Part shown: positions 47,580 to 59,900 of the stretch, in pieces | How positions within the stretch are numbered: the first letter of the stretch is position 1 | How the letters are laid out: every line of letters begins with the position of its first letter | Source: Camelus ferus | Lineage: Eukaryota | Reading direction: 5' to 3' | DNA length: 64,000 nt | Assembly: GCF_009834535.1 (NCBI RefSeq) | Contig: NC_045696.1 | Coordinates: forward strand, 80,292,001 to 80,356,000 | Program-made: the position numbers and the translations under genes | The notes under the pieces: generated by a model | Database searches by the model: none | The model's input: the letters and a program-made list of their open reading frames with translations, nothing else | What the model was told of the DNA's origin: nothing

Positions 47580-48700
47580 GCTCCAGTTTCTAAAAATATC
47601 TTGATACTTAACACCTGACTGAGAGTAAACAGGTAGGGAATCTTTTCCTTTCAAGATCTTGCCTGATTTCTAGCTTCCAGTGTTGCTACTGAGAAGTATA
47701 AAGCTACTCTGATTTCTAATCCTTCCGTGTGATTGGTTTTGGGGGAGCTTCTCTTGGTCCTACTGCTTTGAAATTTTAAGACGGTGTGTCTTGCCAGAGG
47801 CCCTATTTTAATCCATCATGTTGAGCAACTTTTGTGTCCTTCTACTCTGGATACTCATGTGTTTACAGATTTCCTCTGTTCTTTCTGGAGTTCTGTTATT
47901 TGGATATTGAATGTCCTGGTGTTATCCTCATGTCTTCATTTTTTTTTTATAAAACTCTTTTTTTTTTTTGGTTATTCTCTTAATTCCAGCTTCTAACCAT
48001 TCTACTGAGTTTCTAATTTTCAAGAATGTTTCCACATTTTTAAGTACAGTCGATTTACAATGTTGTGCTAATTTCTGGTGTACAGCATAGTGATTCATTT
48101 GTATATACATATATTCCTTTTCATATTCTTTTTCACTATAGGCTATTTATAAGGTATTGAATATATAGTCCCTGTGCTATACAGTAGGACCTATTGTTTA
48201 CCTATTTTATATACAGTAGTTAGTAGCTGCAAATCCCAAACTTCCAATTTCTCTCTCCTCCTTTCCCTCCTGGTAACCATAAGTTTGTCTTCTATATCTG
48301 AGTCTATTTCTGTTTTGTAATTAAGTTCATTTGTCTCCTTTTTATAGATTCCACATGTAAGGGATCTCATATGGTATTTGTCTTTCTCTTTCTGGCTTAC
48401 TTCACTTAGTATGACAATCTCTAGGTCCATCCATGTTGCTGCAAACGGCATCATTTTATTTTTTACAGTTGAGTGTTCCCACGTTCTTCAGGTGTTCTTT
48501 TCCATAGCTTTCTACCCTTAGTCTGCACATGACTTTTCTCATCTCTCTGGGGATACGATAGTTTGCTGAAGCTGCTTCTCCCTTAGCCTCTGATTCTTCC
48601 AAGCTGGTGGCTTTGGATGTTGCATTCATGTTAGCAGCTTTCATCAGATGTCGGGTTACCTTGTTGGTTGGCGAAGCTAGAGGACTAAAAGGCTGCTATA
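47580..48700 (-). mobile_element. Ancient HAL1/L1ME-like ORF1 relic, interrupted by a younger L1 tail
   Basis: tctagcttccagtgttgctactgagaagt...ccttagttattggatattg-like text...ttctaaccattctactgagtttctaattttcaaga, resuming after ~48475. Confidence 0.6.
48039..48474 (-). mobile_element. 5'-truncated LINE-1 3' end
   Basis: Minus strand MPFAATWMDLEIVILSEVSQKEKDKYHM plus 3'UTR. Candidate TSD GAATGTTTCCACATT (48024-48038) / GAGTGTTCCCACGTT (48471-48485). Confidence 0.9.
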
Positions 48701-48749
48701 GGATAGTGAATTGAGAGCTTCACCTTAGGACGGTGGCTGCACAATGGAA

Positions 48750-48895
48750 CCAGCTGGGAAGCTTTAAAAAACATTGATGCTCCAGAAATACTCATGTTCT
48801 TGGCGTAGGGTCTGAACACAGGGAATCTGAAAAACTCCCCGGGTGGTGTTACTGTGTAGCCATGGCTGAGAATTACTAAGGGTGCTCCTGTTGAA
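48750..48895. mobile_element. MER5-like relic
   Basis: cagctgggaagctttaaaaaacattgatgc...aaaactccccgggtggtgttactgtgtagccatggctgagaattact. Confidence 0.65.
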
Positions 48896-49966
48896 CCATT
48901 TCATCTTCAGGTAACTCTTAAAATAGCCCCTGGACTGGGAGAATGTTACCTTCTCCTGTGGATAAACTTCTGGTTTCTCCAGGGTGGAGGGGCAGCTGCC
49001 CAGCTGAAGAAGACAGGGAGGGACTTTATGGATGTCACAGCATTTTAAACAGCTTCCTACCACGTTGGACTCCTCCCTCCCTCTTCACGGTCACGTCAGA
49101 GGGACACGCTTCTGTCCACTTGTAAGCCTTCAGCACTTTCTGCGTGTAAACTGAATTGGCGGTCATTTCTCCCTTTACTAAATTAGAATGTGGCTTTCTT
49201 CAGTCGGGTTTCTAAAATTCTGGTGCTAATAATTCTCTCTCCTTCTTCCCAGTGTCGAGAGTAGTTGTGACTTAAAAAAATCCTTTACCGTATTTTTAGG
49301 GGTGGAGTCTGGAGCATGCAAAACTTGATGTGTTCAACTTGTTACTCTGACCGCAAAGAATGACCTACTCTTCTTTGTAACTCAAAGCTCTCTTTCTCCT
49401 ATAAACAATTAGTTTCTCCACTTACTTTTCCCTCATAGAGTGGGGAAGAGAGAGTTTATAATGATGAAGCCGTGGCCACGGTGGTCACATCCCACTTTAT
49501 TGCTGTTGCTGTGGAATGAGACCTGGAGGAGGGAAGGAGGTCAAAACTGGGCGAGTCACGGGGGTAGACCTGGGCTCCTGGGTTTGGCATACAGAGAAAA
49601 TGTTAGACAAAGAGGTCCTTTATCCACGCAGACTCTGACAACGAACTGGCGCCCCCCGGGCCTGTCTGGTCCACATTCCCATGTTCACTGGCTCACACAC
49701 GGAAGTCTGACTCATAGTTTCTGTGAAACATCAGCCTTGGTGATGGCGGGTGGCAATCCCGCAGGACCTCAGACAAGGGCTGGGCTGCAGCCGCCCCTCA
49801 GATGGCACAGGAAGCACCCTGCACTGCACCCCCGCCTGGCCTCTCCAGGCATTTGAATTTACGACTTCTGGGATGTGGTTTAAGGTTTTAAAAAGTAACA
49901 ACAACAACAAAAGCAATCCTAGTCATGGCAGAAGAACCCTACTTAAAGTCAGAAAGAATTAAAACA

Positions 49967-49972
49967 TTTATT
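49967..49972 (-). terminator. FNDC3B: Likely distal FNDC3B polyadenylation signal
   Basis: AATAAA on - at the end of a 3.2-kb AU-rich, nearly repeat-free tract. TGTA motifs lie upstream and a GT/T-rich stretch (ttgttgttgtt) lies downstream. A second AATAAA pair is at 50526-50536. Confidence 0.75.
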
Positions 49973-51824
49973 GGGCATAAATATATTACATATACACTAC
50001 AGGTACAGTTAGGTATTACATATAGCATAGTATTTGCAAAATCTATACATTAAAATTGATATGGCAGTTTTAATACAATGTATATGAAATAGTCTAAAAT
50101 TTACAATACAGGAAAACATACGATTATTTTTTTCTCTCCTAAAGTTGAAAAGCTTGGAATGTATGTCCAACAGTGAGGTAAAACATTTTGTCTTTCAATT
50201 TAAAGAATTGTGCAAGGATAACATTCAAACACATTCAATTAGGGCACTTTTCAATTTCGACAGGAATACTGAATCACTGTAGCCAACAAAACGCGGTTAG
50301 AAAATGCCAACGTTTCAAGTTGATAGGAACAAGGCAGATAATATGCAAAAAATCTTCTTAAAAAAGTTTTCTTTTTAAACAATGTCTTTGAGGACAAAGG
50401 ACATTTTGCTTCACACGACTGGAATTTCTTGTGCCAGGGAGGAGTCTGACATACAGAGCATCAGAAAGCCACTCACTCGTTCCTACATATTGCAAAAGGG
50501 CAAAGAGAGAAGGTTAACATAACACTTTATTTTATTGTTCATGTGTAATGGCAATATATATAGAGTTATATATCAATATCACGTACACATATTGTGATAG
50601 AAAACAGTGCCAGATAGAGTAACAACTTTTTGACTGAAGGGATTACAATGAACACCAAATAATGGAGAGCAATAAAATAAAGTGCCGTCAGCTAGTGTTT
50701 CACACACTTCAGCTTCTTGGTGGTTACACAGATAGATAGTACGAAAATCTCAAAAGGATCAAATGTTCATAGCAATTTTGGCCTAAAATATTATTTCATT
50801 TAAAAAATTTCAACCAATTCAGAGGATTTCTTTATAGCAGCAGTTCTGAAGTGTTTCCAAAAAGGGACGCTTTTTGTTCTCCTGCAAACAGGGTTCTTCG
50901 ACTCAGTTGAATCTTCATTGCTTAAAAAATGCCTTCTCCCCAAAACACCTGCATGAAATTGTTTCAGAAGATGCAGGTGCACCGTCAGAGTGGGTCATAA
51001 CACACATTTTAGAGGGATGAGTTTTGGAAGGCCTGAACTTTGGCAAAAATATATTTACCTTGATGCCATCAGTTTGCAAGGCTAATTAAACTAATAATTA
51101 TAGTCAATAACAAAATACAGAACTTTTCTAGTACTTACTACATCAATGTAGGCACACAGAATAATTCATTGATCTTAGCACTTTCTTTCAAGAGATGATT
51201 ACGGTTTTTTTGGGGTACATGTAAACGTTTCAATCACTGATAATGGATTTTTTTTTTTGGCATTTAATGCACTAGATGCTCATTAAAAACAAGAAAATGT
51301 CAGAAAATGATAATACTACAGATGTTGCCGAGGAACAAGACTGACCTAAAATTACAAAAGTATAAAACACAAAATAACATGCTACAGTAAGGAAAAATTA
51401 GTACATAAGTACATTTTAAAAATTTTACAATAAATAAAGATTGCACTGTAATTGGCATTTAAAGTACTGTATGCAGAATATAGTATAAATAAACCAAAAA
51501 CAAAATAATGTTGGTTTCCCCATGACTTTGGTATGGGAATATTTTAAGCTAGTACAGGATACTGCATTTTAAGACAACATAGACCAAGCACAAAATAGCT
51601 ATGATCAAGAAAAACCAAGTAGCAAAAATATACAAAAACAGAAGCAGGGGGATACACTGTGTCTGTTGCACCCTTTTGGAATATATTTGCACCTCCAACT
51701 CTTAAATGTCCCTGAGGTACGCGAACATTATGGACTTCATATAAATAATCCAATGACTTTGGGTTAAAACTGATTATCTCATGACTCAAAATAGACATGC
51801 AAGAGTAACACTTTGCACTCCAAT

Positions 51825-52010
51825 AGCACCTGTTGATCAAGGATCTCAAAGCACTTACAAACATTAGAATCCCCATTTTGTTTTTTTTTTTTATTTTTAA
51901 TGCATGGGAAAACTGAGGCACAGAGAGGTAAAGTGACGTGTTCAGGTCACGCAGCAAGTTAGTGACAGATCCAGGGAGAGAATCTAGGCTCCTTGACCCC
52001 CAAACACCCT
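51825..52010 (-). mobile_element. Ancient CORE-SINE (MIR family) within the FNDC3B 3'UTR
   Basis: gggaaaactgaggcacagagaggtaaagtgacgtgttcaggtcacgcagcaagttagtgacaga is the reverse complement of the MIR core. Confidence 0.85.
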
Positions 52011-53146
52011 GTGCTTACTTACCACCGAAGACCATTCCCTCTCCACACGTGGCCAGGTCAACCCCAGAAATAGGAACTACAAATTTAGATGACTCTTTTG
52101 GGTTTTATCAGTTTTCATCTGCTGTTAGATTCATATTATGTGCACTGAATTAAGGTGTTGAAATTCAATCACTTCATTGATACCTCAAAGAACAGCCTAA
52201 AGGCAAATCTTTCAAGAAGAATGAGCTGACATGTAAGAAGACTGCTCACAATTAGTGTAAATCATGGACAATGGGCAGAGGCACTAAACTGTCACCAGTT
52301 CTCGTCATATAATTCTGGTCAAACATAACAGAATATATAATAACTCTAGTGATTAGATTAGAAGTAGTTATATACAAAGACAAACAAGTTAAAGCAGCTT
52401 TTAAAATAGCTGAACAAGGAAACTAACTATTGCACAATGCCCTCGTAAAGTTACTGCTATGAATTGACGTGGTAAAATCTACAATGCTCCACAATTTATA
52501 GGTGCATTTTGGTTACTTGATTTCTTAGACAGGCAGCTCATAGTGTTAAAATCATAAGAAATACAGATAATTAAAACATCTCAGATTAAAGTACACATTT
52601 TCATTTCGATGAGCTAATAAAGTTTAACTGAGTGACAAAACAATTGTTTAGGGCAGCCTTATCTGAGTGAACACATCTCTGGATGTGGCGGTGGTTGTGT
52701 GGTAAGACTCCGACAACACTGAAATCCTAGCCCTGTAACTACATGCACTGTGACTCATGTTCACAGAAACAGATGATCAAGACGTGAGAAGTGACTGGTG
52801 AATATAAATTACTAAACTGTAACATGGAAAAAAAAAAAATCAAAGGCTTGCAAAAGACATCAGTGAAAAAATAGAATAAAGGCAAATCTGAAAATTTAAG
52901 AGAGAACGTAAGCTAGCTTTTGGTATCTGGTTTGCTTTTTTTTTTTAAAAAAATCCAGTTTAACCTCTTCCTAGTTTTGCATTTCAAAAAGGTGCACCAA
53001 AACACTGATATTTTTTCCCTAGCTAAATCTGTAAAACAAGTATATAAATCAAAGAACAAAAGGGCTTAAAAAAGGGAGTATCTGAATAAATGTGTGTATT
53101 AAAGTGTGTAGCATTAAATTCATACCTCTAGTTTTGTTGGGTTTGT

Positions 53147-53458
53147 TTACTTCATTAAGAAGTACTGTAATATAAAGGCGAATAAAATGGACAAAGTTGC
53201 AAAGCCAACCACAATGAGGGCTGCAAACTGTTCATCAGTAGGCATCATGCTCTTCATTTTGGGATCATCTAAGCTCCCCATGTCCCCGGTAAGCATGACC
53301 TCGCTTCGCTGTAGCGCGAAAGCCGCAGAGGGGCTGAAAGCCCCGCTTAGCTCCTGAGAGGTGTCCGCACAGCGCCGGCACGCACACACGCGGAACCTGT
53401 AGTCTGTGTTGGTCTGGAGGCCTGAGATCTGGAATGTGGCTTCTTCTCCCTTGTACAC
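53147..53458 (-). CDS. FNDC3B: Fibronectin type III domain containing 3B, last coding exon (end of final FN3 domain + C-terminal TM anchor)
   Basis: ttgcag| acceptor. VYKGEEATFQISGLQTNTDYRFRVCACRRC...PTDEQFAALIVVGFATLSILFAFILQYFLMK*. Confidence 0.98.
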   Translation of the reverse strand: MYKGEEATFQISGLQTNTDYRFRVCACRRCADTSQELSGAFSPSAAFALQRSEVMLTGDMGSLDDPKMKSMMPTDEQFAALIVVGFATLSILFAFILQYFLMK

Positions 53459-53829
53459 CTGCAAGAAAACGGACAGTCCTGGTCAATTAATTTATGACAG
53501 TGTGGTCTCTGAAGTCATATTTATATAACAGCAGGGGCCTTGTGGACCAGGCTTGGTTTAAATGAACTCATAACAACAAAAGTTATATGGAAAGGTAGCT
53601 CTCCCAGTCTCTATTTCATCCATAAAAAAGGTACTTCACCTACTCCGAATAAAGCACAACAAATTCAGTGATTCTGACACTGACAAGACATAAGGCACTG
53701 GCTAGAATCGCAGCTGACACACGTAATCAAGATGCATCTAGCTAAATTTTAGTAATTTAGGCTATAAATCAGAAGATGATTTGATTCTTACAAAGGGCTC
53801 TGTGATCTTGGTGCACAGAACAAGTTAAC

Positions 53830-54670
53830 ATTTTTTAATAGAGACAAAAATATAGAAATAAAATGAAAAGTTCCAGTTGAATGATTTTGACAACTGGCTA
53901 CAGCAGGTAACACTACTCCATCAAGATATCCACCTCCACCCCTAAGAGGTAAACGCTATTCTGATTTCTCGTTCTGTTAATTCGTTTTGGCTGCTCTAGA
54001 AGTTCACATAAATGCAATCAAACACTATGCGTTCTCTTGTCCCTACAAGATTTACCCATGTTACGGATTCAGTAGTTATTCCTTTTACTGCAGAAGTATC
54101 CCATCATATATGCCTATACTTTGATCTATTTTAAGAAACATTTGCAGTTTCTAGTTTGGAGTTTTTATATAGTGAGATTACTATGAACATTTTTGCACAA
54201 ATCTTTGAGGATGTAAGTTTTTATTTTTTCTTGTGTGAATACCAAGGGGTGGAAGTGCAGGGTCATAAGTCTATATTTAACTTTGAGAAACAGCCTTCCC
54301 AAGCAGTCCTTTGCAGTCCTGCCAGCCAAGCATGAGTTCCAGTTGCTCTACCCCTCACCAACATTTGTTATTGTCATTTTTATATTTTAGCCATTCTAGT
54401 GGGTAAGAATGGTACCTTATTTGCATTTCCCTGATGCCTAATGGTGTTTCCCACCTTTCATGTGCTCATTGGCTATTCATATGCCTTCTTTTGTGAAGAG
54501 TATGTTCAACTGTTTTGCCTATTTTTGTTTGCTTTTATAATTTATAAGTGCTCTTTATATAATCTGGATGTAAGATTTTCTTTTGGTCAGATTGTGTTGT
54601 GAATATTCTCTCCTAGCTTTGTGGCTTACCTAATCGTTTTTGAGAAATGTTTAATGCAGTCCAGTTTATC
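53830..54670 (-). mobile_element. Old LINE-1 (L1ME/MB-like) 3' fragment in the FNDC3B last intron
   Basis: gttccagttgctctacccctcaccaacatttg...ttttagccattctagtgggt...atttgcatttccctgatg. Confidence 0.8.
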
Positions 54671-56503
54671 ACAAATTAACAATTAATCTAATGTCTATCT
54701 GTCTTTAGTGTTTCTTGTCTGTATGACTAAGCTATTCTTTTCCGTTAGGGATCTAGGATGTTTTCTTCTCCTTTGTTAACTCTAATATAATCACCATGAG
54801 GCTTACAAGGACTTGAACACTACATTTATCACCCTTTGAGTTGAAGATAATAGGAATCTTTAAGGGAGGGTGGAGGAGGTAGGTCTTACATGGTTCTTCT
54901 ATCAAAGTGATACTAATCCTCAAAAAACTTAGAGGAAATAATCAGCTTAAAATTATATAAAAATCCATGGCTTATATTAGAGTCCATAAATAGAGATAGG
55001 AAGAAACTAGCTGGAACTCAACCAAATCAGTTAAGAGAGCTGGTTGATGAATAATTAAACAAGTGAAATTAACTGAACACTTTCTAGCTGAGTGGCACTG
55101 AGTTAAAACCTGTAAAGTGCTTAAAACATGCCTGGTACATAAGCAACTGCACGGTAAAATTAGCTAGTATTGTCACTAGTACTATTCAGAACTTAAAACA
55201 GCTCTAAATATATTCTTAGAACACAGCGATTAAAAGTGACAGGGGCATTTTCAACCTAGTGACAGGCCACCTTAGTAAAGCTGTGAATTTTGCCCACTAA
55301 TACAAATTTTCTAGAAAATAGTATTTCCAACAATCTCAACTTTGTCTGAAACACTCGCCAACTAAAGAGAATGAGTGGGAATCCACAATGCTCAGTGTGT
55401 CCAAACACTACTGTGTAAACTTCTGCAAGAAGTGGGCTACTTTGCCCGTGAGCACAAGTGCACTGGCCACTCACTCACCAGTGCTGCGCCAACAGAAAGA
55501 CGGCAAAAGGATCACACTTCACAAAAGGGATCGGACTCCCGATGTTCACCTGATGTCCGGCCTTTTTCAGAGTTTTCGTCCCCCATTTTCAAACTCTACA
55601 ACTAGACCTTGAGTCTTACTGTACTTTTATTTAGTGACTAAGCCCTAGAAAACCAATAGTGTTTCTGATACTTTTCCAGATTCACTCTCGCTTTTGCTAT
55701 TCCCTTTGTAACATTTAAAGCACATTTCTCCTGGTGAGTTACTCTGTTTAAAGATTGTGGCACGTATCTTAGCAAGTGGGGTTACAGGCAGAACTCAGCT
55801 GGAGCAACCAAGAACAAAAGCGCTGTAAAGAAAACCCCCAGCGGTACTGGGAGACCACTCCTTTCTCACAGCTCACTGTTCCAATGATGAGTCAGTTAAA
55901 TGGGTATTTTAAGATGAGCTTGTTGTCATGGTGACTGACCCAACCCACACACAGCCAGCTAATCAGGAACTCGGACTACGTACGGCGACGGTATTGTCTC
56001 TGAATTATTTCCCAACATGTGGTGGTCTCAGGAAAACAATGGTGTAAGTTTTTTTCTTTAGAGAGAATTTTTCATTATGACTGTTCTTTACTTTCGTAAT
56101 TTTGATTTACTTTACTAAATTTAAAAGCTCAAGTTGATATTCTCTGCGACATGTCTTTCCTTTGAAACTGCTGGGACTGTTCATGAAGAGAATGATTTGC
56201 AATCTACGGGACCAGCGTACTAGCTTACCAGTCCCTTTGTCATCTGGGCTTTGGTTTCCTATCGGCAATGGCCCAGGGACACAATCCATTCTATGGTGGT
56301 GATAAGTTAATGCTGGGATGTTTATGGAGCTGCAGAAAAGCTGCCATCTAAGCCTTGCTTGCAAGGCTTCTTGATAGACCTCTTTCATCAATTCTTTTGG
56401 AGACCACACCTCTTGAAATGTTCAGATTTGTCTAGTGGTCAAATACTGCATCTGCTGGAGCTCTTTTCTTCTGTGCAACACTGGGAAACTTTCTGGTCTG
56501 ACT

Positions 56504-56522
56504 TGGCCACCAGGAGGCACTA
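56504..56522 (+). promoter_or_regulatory. Candidate CTCF site
   Basis: TGGCCACCAGGAGGCACTA vs consensus TGGCCACCAGGGGGCGCTA (17/19). Confidence 0.6.
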
Positions 56523-56579
56523 GGCATAGTCCTCTCCGGCATGGTAACAGGAACTGGCATCAGGATCCCAGGTCTAAGT

Positions 56580-56900
56580 CCTTGCTGGGCCACTTCTCTA
56601 GGTTTGTGACCTTCGGCAAGTAATAGCGTTGAGCCTTCGTTTTCTCGTCTTTAAGGTGGGGATAGTACCAGTACCTAACTTAACCCCAAGGCGGGTTGAG
56701 GATTAAAAGCACTGTACGTGAAAAATGCTTTGTAAAAGGAATATGATGGAGATAAGCCAACTTTATCACATTTACTCCTCCTGATTACTCTAGCAGGTGA
56801 GTATTACTTCCATTTTAGAGATGAGAAAACTGAGGATCAGCAAGGCTGTTAATTCCCTAATGTCTCATGGCAAACAAGGGGAGAGGTGGACCCCAGATGA
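56580..56900. mobile_element. Two MIR fragments in opposite orientation
   Basis: tgtgaccttcggcaagt...tttctcgtctttaaggtggggata (+), and ccattttagagatgagaaaactgagg (-). Confidence 0.7.
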
Positions 56901-59900
56901 GGTCGTACTTCCAATTGCAACACCTATGTGCATGCTCACCACCGGAAGTGCCCCAGCTCTGCTGCTTCCATCCAGGTAGGCAGTGCTGCTACCACCCGTC
57001 CTCCATTTAGTCCTCATCTCATTACTACAGTGTGACACTGGGTCCAGTTCTCTCGGCCTCTGACTTTGTCTTCCCAGGGACTCCACAACTTCCCTGGGTC
57101 CCACTGCTCCAGAAGGAGAGCACTGCCTTTCCTATATGAGGTATGGAAAGTAGTTCCCCAACCCGCTTTGTGACAAGCAAAGACCTGGGCAGAATTTCTG
57201 TGGTGTGGCCTCTTAATTTATGGCAAACAATAACCTCATGCCCCACAGATGTCTGAGAGACTTTTGGAAAGTAGGTATAAACGAACATTATGTACATTTA
57301 TATCTAGGATTAAATGATTCCTGTGGTTTCCAGAATTTGCATGGCCAGATTATTCTAAGAAAGTTGGCTTAGAAGTAATTTCCCAGAAACCCAATTCATA
57401 GAATCCTGAACAGAGACTTTATATATAAATTCTGATGGTAGTCCTCAACTTTAACTCCTTAAAGATCTCTGAAAATGTATTCTGAAAGCAAAGGAATGCT
57501 ACTTTTCTCATACCATTAGGCAAAAAGCTTAATAAAGAAAAAATGAATATCTAATTGAAGGAAACTTCTTTAATGACAAGTTCAATCAGAAATTAAACTT
57601 TAAGTCATGAATTTTTTTTAGCCATTCCTATTTTAATTCGAATAGCTCCCCCTTTCCACAGGCATTGTCAACACAATGTTACTATCTTTAGAAATATATA
57701 TGATATATATATATTGTCTATATACATATGGCATGTATTGCATTTGGGGCTGTGTTCTATTATTTCCATAGCAACCAGCATAATGGCTAGAACAAAGTAG
57801 ATGCTCAGTGAATGTTCTCTACTTAGAACCCTTAAGCACTTTAGAGTAGATATTCTTATACCACAGTTTGAAAAAAGAAAATTACCAGAAACAAGTACAT
57901 ATGAACATTAAGTATTAGAACCCACACATAAATCAGTTTAGCACAGGTCCCACCATCACTGTATAGAATGGAATCACTAACAATGATTAAGTTGTTTTCA
58001 ACGTATTGAGAGAAAATATGGGGTTTCTAATACATTTAAGAAATAGTCAACAATGCTTATTAAGCCTTTTGGATGAATTCTTACCTAAGGAAAAATTAAA
58101 ACAATCTCAATACCCCATTTCCTGAGGTTTGAGATAACTGATTTGTTTCTAGGTAAATAATCACGGCCAGGCCTGCAGCCCAGCTGAGGTGACCTTTCCT
58201 GGGACTGTGCCTCTCACCACAGCAGGAAGCAGGCTGGTGCCTGGTGTCCCTTTGTTTCCATTTTGACAGGGGCACCATTATGGGCTCTTCCTCATGCCTC
58301 AACCCAATTTAAAAGGCAGAGCTCTATTTAAGGCTATCCTTCTTGAAGTAACCAATCATAGTATCATGATAAACACAAGCAATATTATTTTTACAAAGAC
58401 TATTTCTGTTCTTGATTTGGTATACAATATATTTTAAAGTAATTTTGACATGTGTATTCCAAATGAGAGGATTGAAATACACAGATAACTGAAATGAGGA
58501 ATCCGTGACTCTTAATTCAAAGTAACATGCTGTGTAGCTCAAATCCTTGAAACAGGGAGCCTTTTGGAGAGCCTGCTGGAGGCCTGGATCTGGACCAATG
58601 CCTGTGTTTCTTTACTAATGCTGTCCTTCTCCCAGGAACTGGAGAGGGAGACATACCTTCACAGCATTGTCATCTACACAGGCTGGGCTCATGGCTGAAC
58701 AGAACTGCTGCTCCCTGGAGAGAATCAGCACCTCCACTTTTACAACAACATGGCTGACACTCAGAGAGGTGAGTTAATTCCTCCAAAAACATGACTAGGG
58801 GAGGCAGATGTAACACCCCTTACCCCCAGCCCAAATGGGAATCCACTAACCTGCTGCCTCCTCTGTGGAGGGTGCAATGCTGGGCAGGCATCGTTGTCCC
58901 CGAGCCAAAGTGGAAAGACAGGCAAGGCACTGTTCCTGAGCTGCTGCTTGGGGGCCTGTGAGCTCAGAGCACTGATTATGCTGTTCTGCTCTACGCCAGG
59001 CATCCCTCAGTACAGAGCACCTAAGTTTCTCAATAAGCCAGGAGTCCTATTACAAAACCCCATGAAACTGAATATAAACTTATTTCATATGTAATTTTAA
59101 ATGGACATATACATAAACATTTTTCTGGTGTAAGGGGTCATAGCCTTCATCATATTAAAGGGACTTATAAACCTAAGAAATTTAAGTTAAATATATTGAT
59201 CTATTCTTGCTGTAGATTTGACCCTTTATGACTGTCTTATTGCATGGGTTTTTTAAAATTTTTACATAGCCTGTTTAATTTCTGGGTTAGGAAACTAAAT
59301 CAAAAGCCTTTAAAATATATGTAAGCTTCAAGTCTTTAAAATAGTTCTGTCAAGGTAAAGAGAAGATCCTTCTTCACAGCACCTTCTGTGATACCACAAA
59401 GAATCAATACACATCCCTAAATAATATTCTAAAAAATGATACAAAACACATTGATACAGAGATGCCCACCAGCTGAAATGCAGAGCTCTATAAATTTTCA
59501 GATGCTTCAAAGGTTGTCTTAATGCAACAAATCTGAGCAACAACAATTAATAATTTGTCACAAATTCTGACTCCCAATAGGTGGTAATTTCTTGCAATCT
59601 GTTACCTTTTTCTCATCTTCAGTGTTTAGATACTTTATGTAAAAGATTATTGCTGTCTGAACAGGAAATGAATATGAATCACTTCATTTTACATTCTTAT
59701 GTATTTATTAAACTGTTTATGTTCTGGCTTGAGAAAAAAAAAATCAGTCACCTGCCCGTACATACAATTTTCATTCTTTTCAAGAATGCTTTATAATTAA
59801 TACTATTTGAAAAGAAGTTTTAAGCTTCTGGAAAAAAGCTTTGGGAGATTTTTTTAAATGGCAGAAAAGCCAAATATATGCATGCATTCTAATGCAGAGT

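Larger units (their letters stand above)
49950..53146 (-). other. FNDC3B: FNDC3B 3'UTR (~3.2 kb)
   Basis: Runs from the stop codon to the PAS. AU-rich, with many seed matches to conserved miRNA families. Confidence 0.8.

Noticed and set aside
48500..48540. Splice acceptor (tagaaag|ctatgg on -) explaining where similarity to 29.6 kb ends
   Set aside because: The upstream sequence on that strand is purine-rich, with no polypyrimidine tract.
51544..51957. 137-aa ORF in the FNDC3B 3'UTR
   Set aside because: It starts inside a MIR at a non-ATG codon and crosses an A-run, with no domain similarity.
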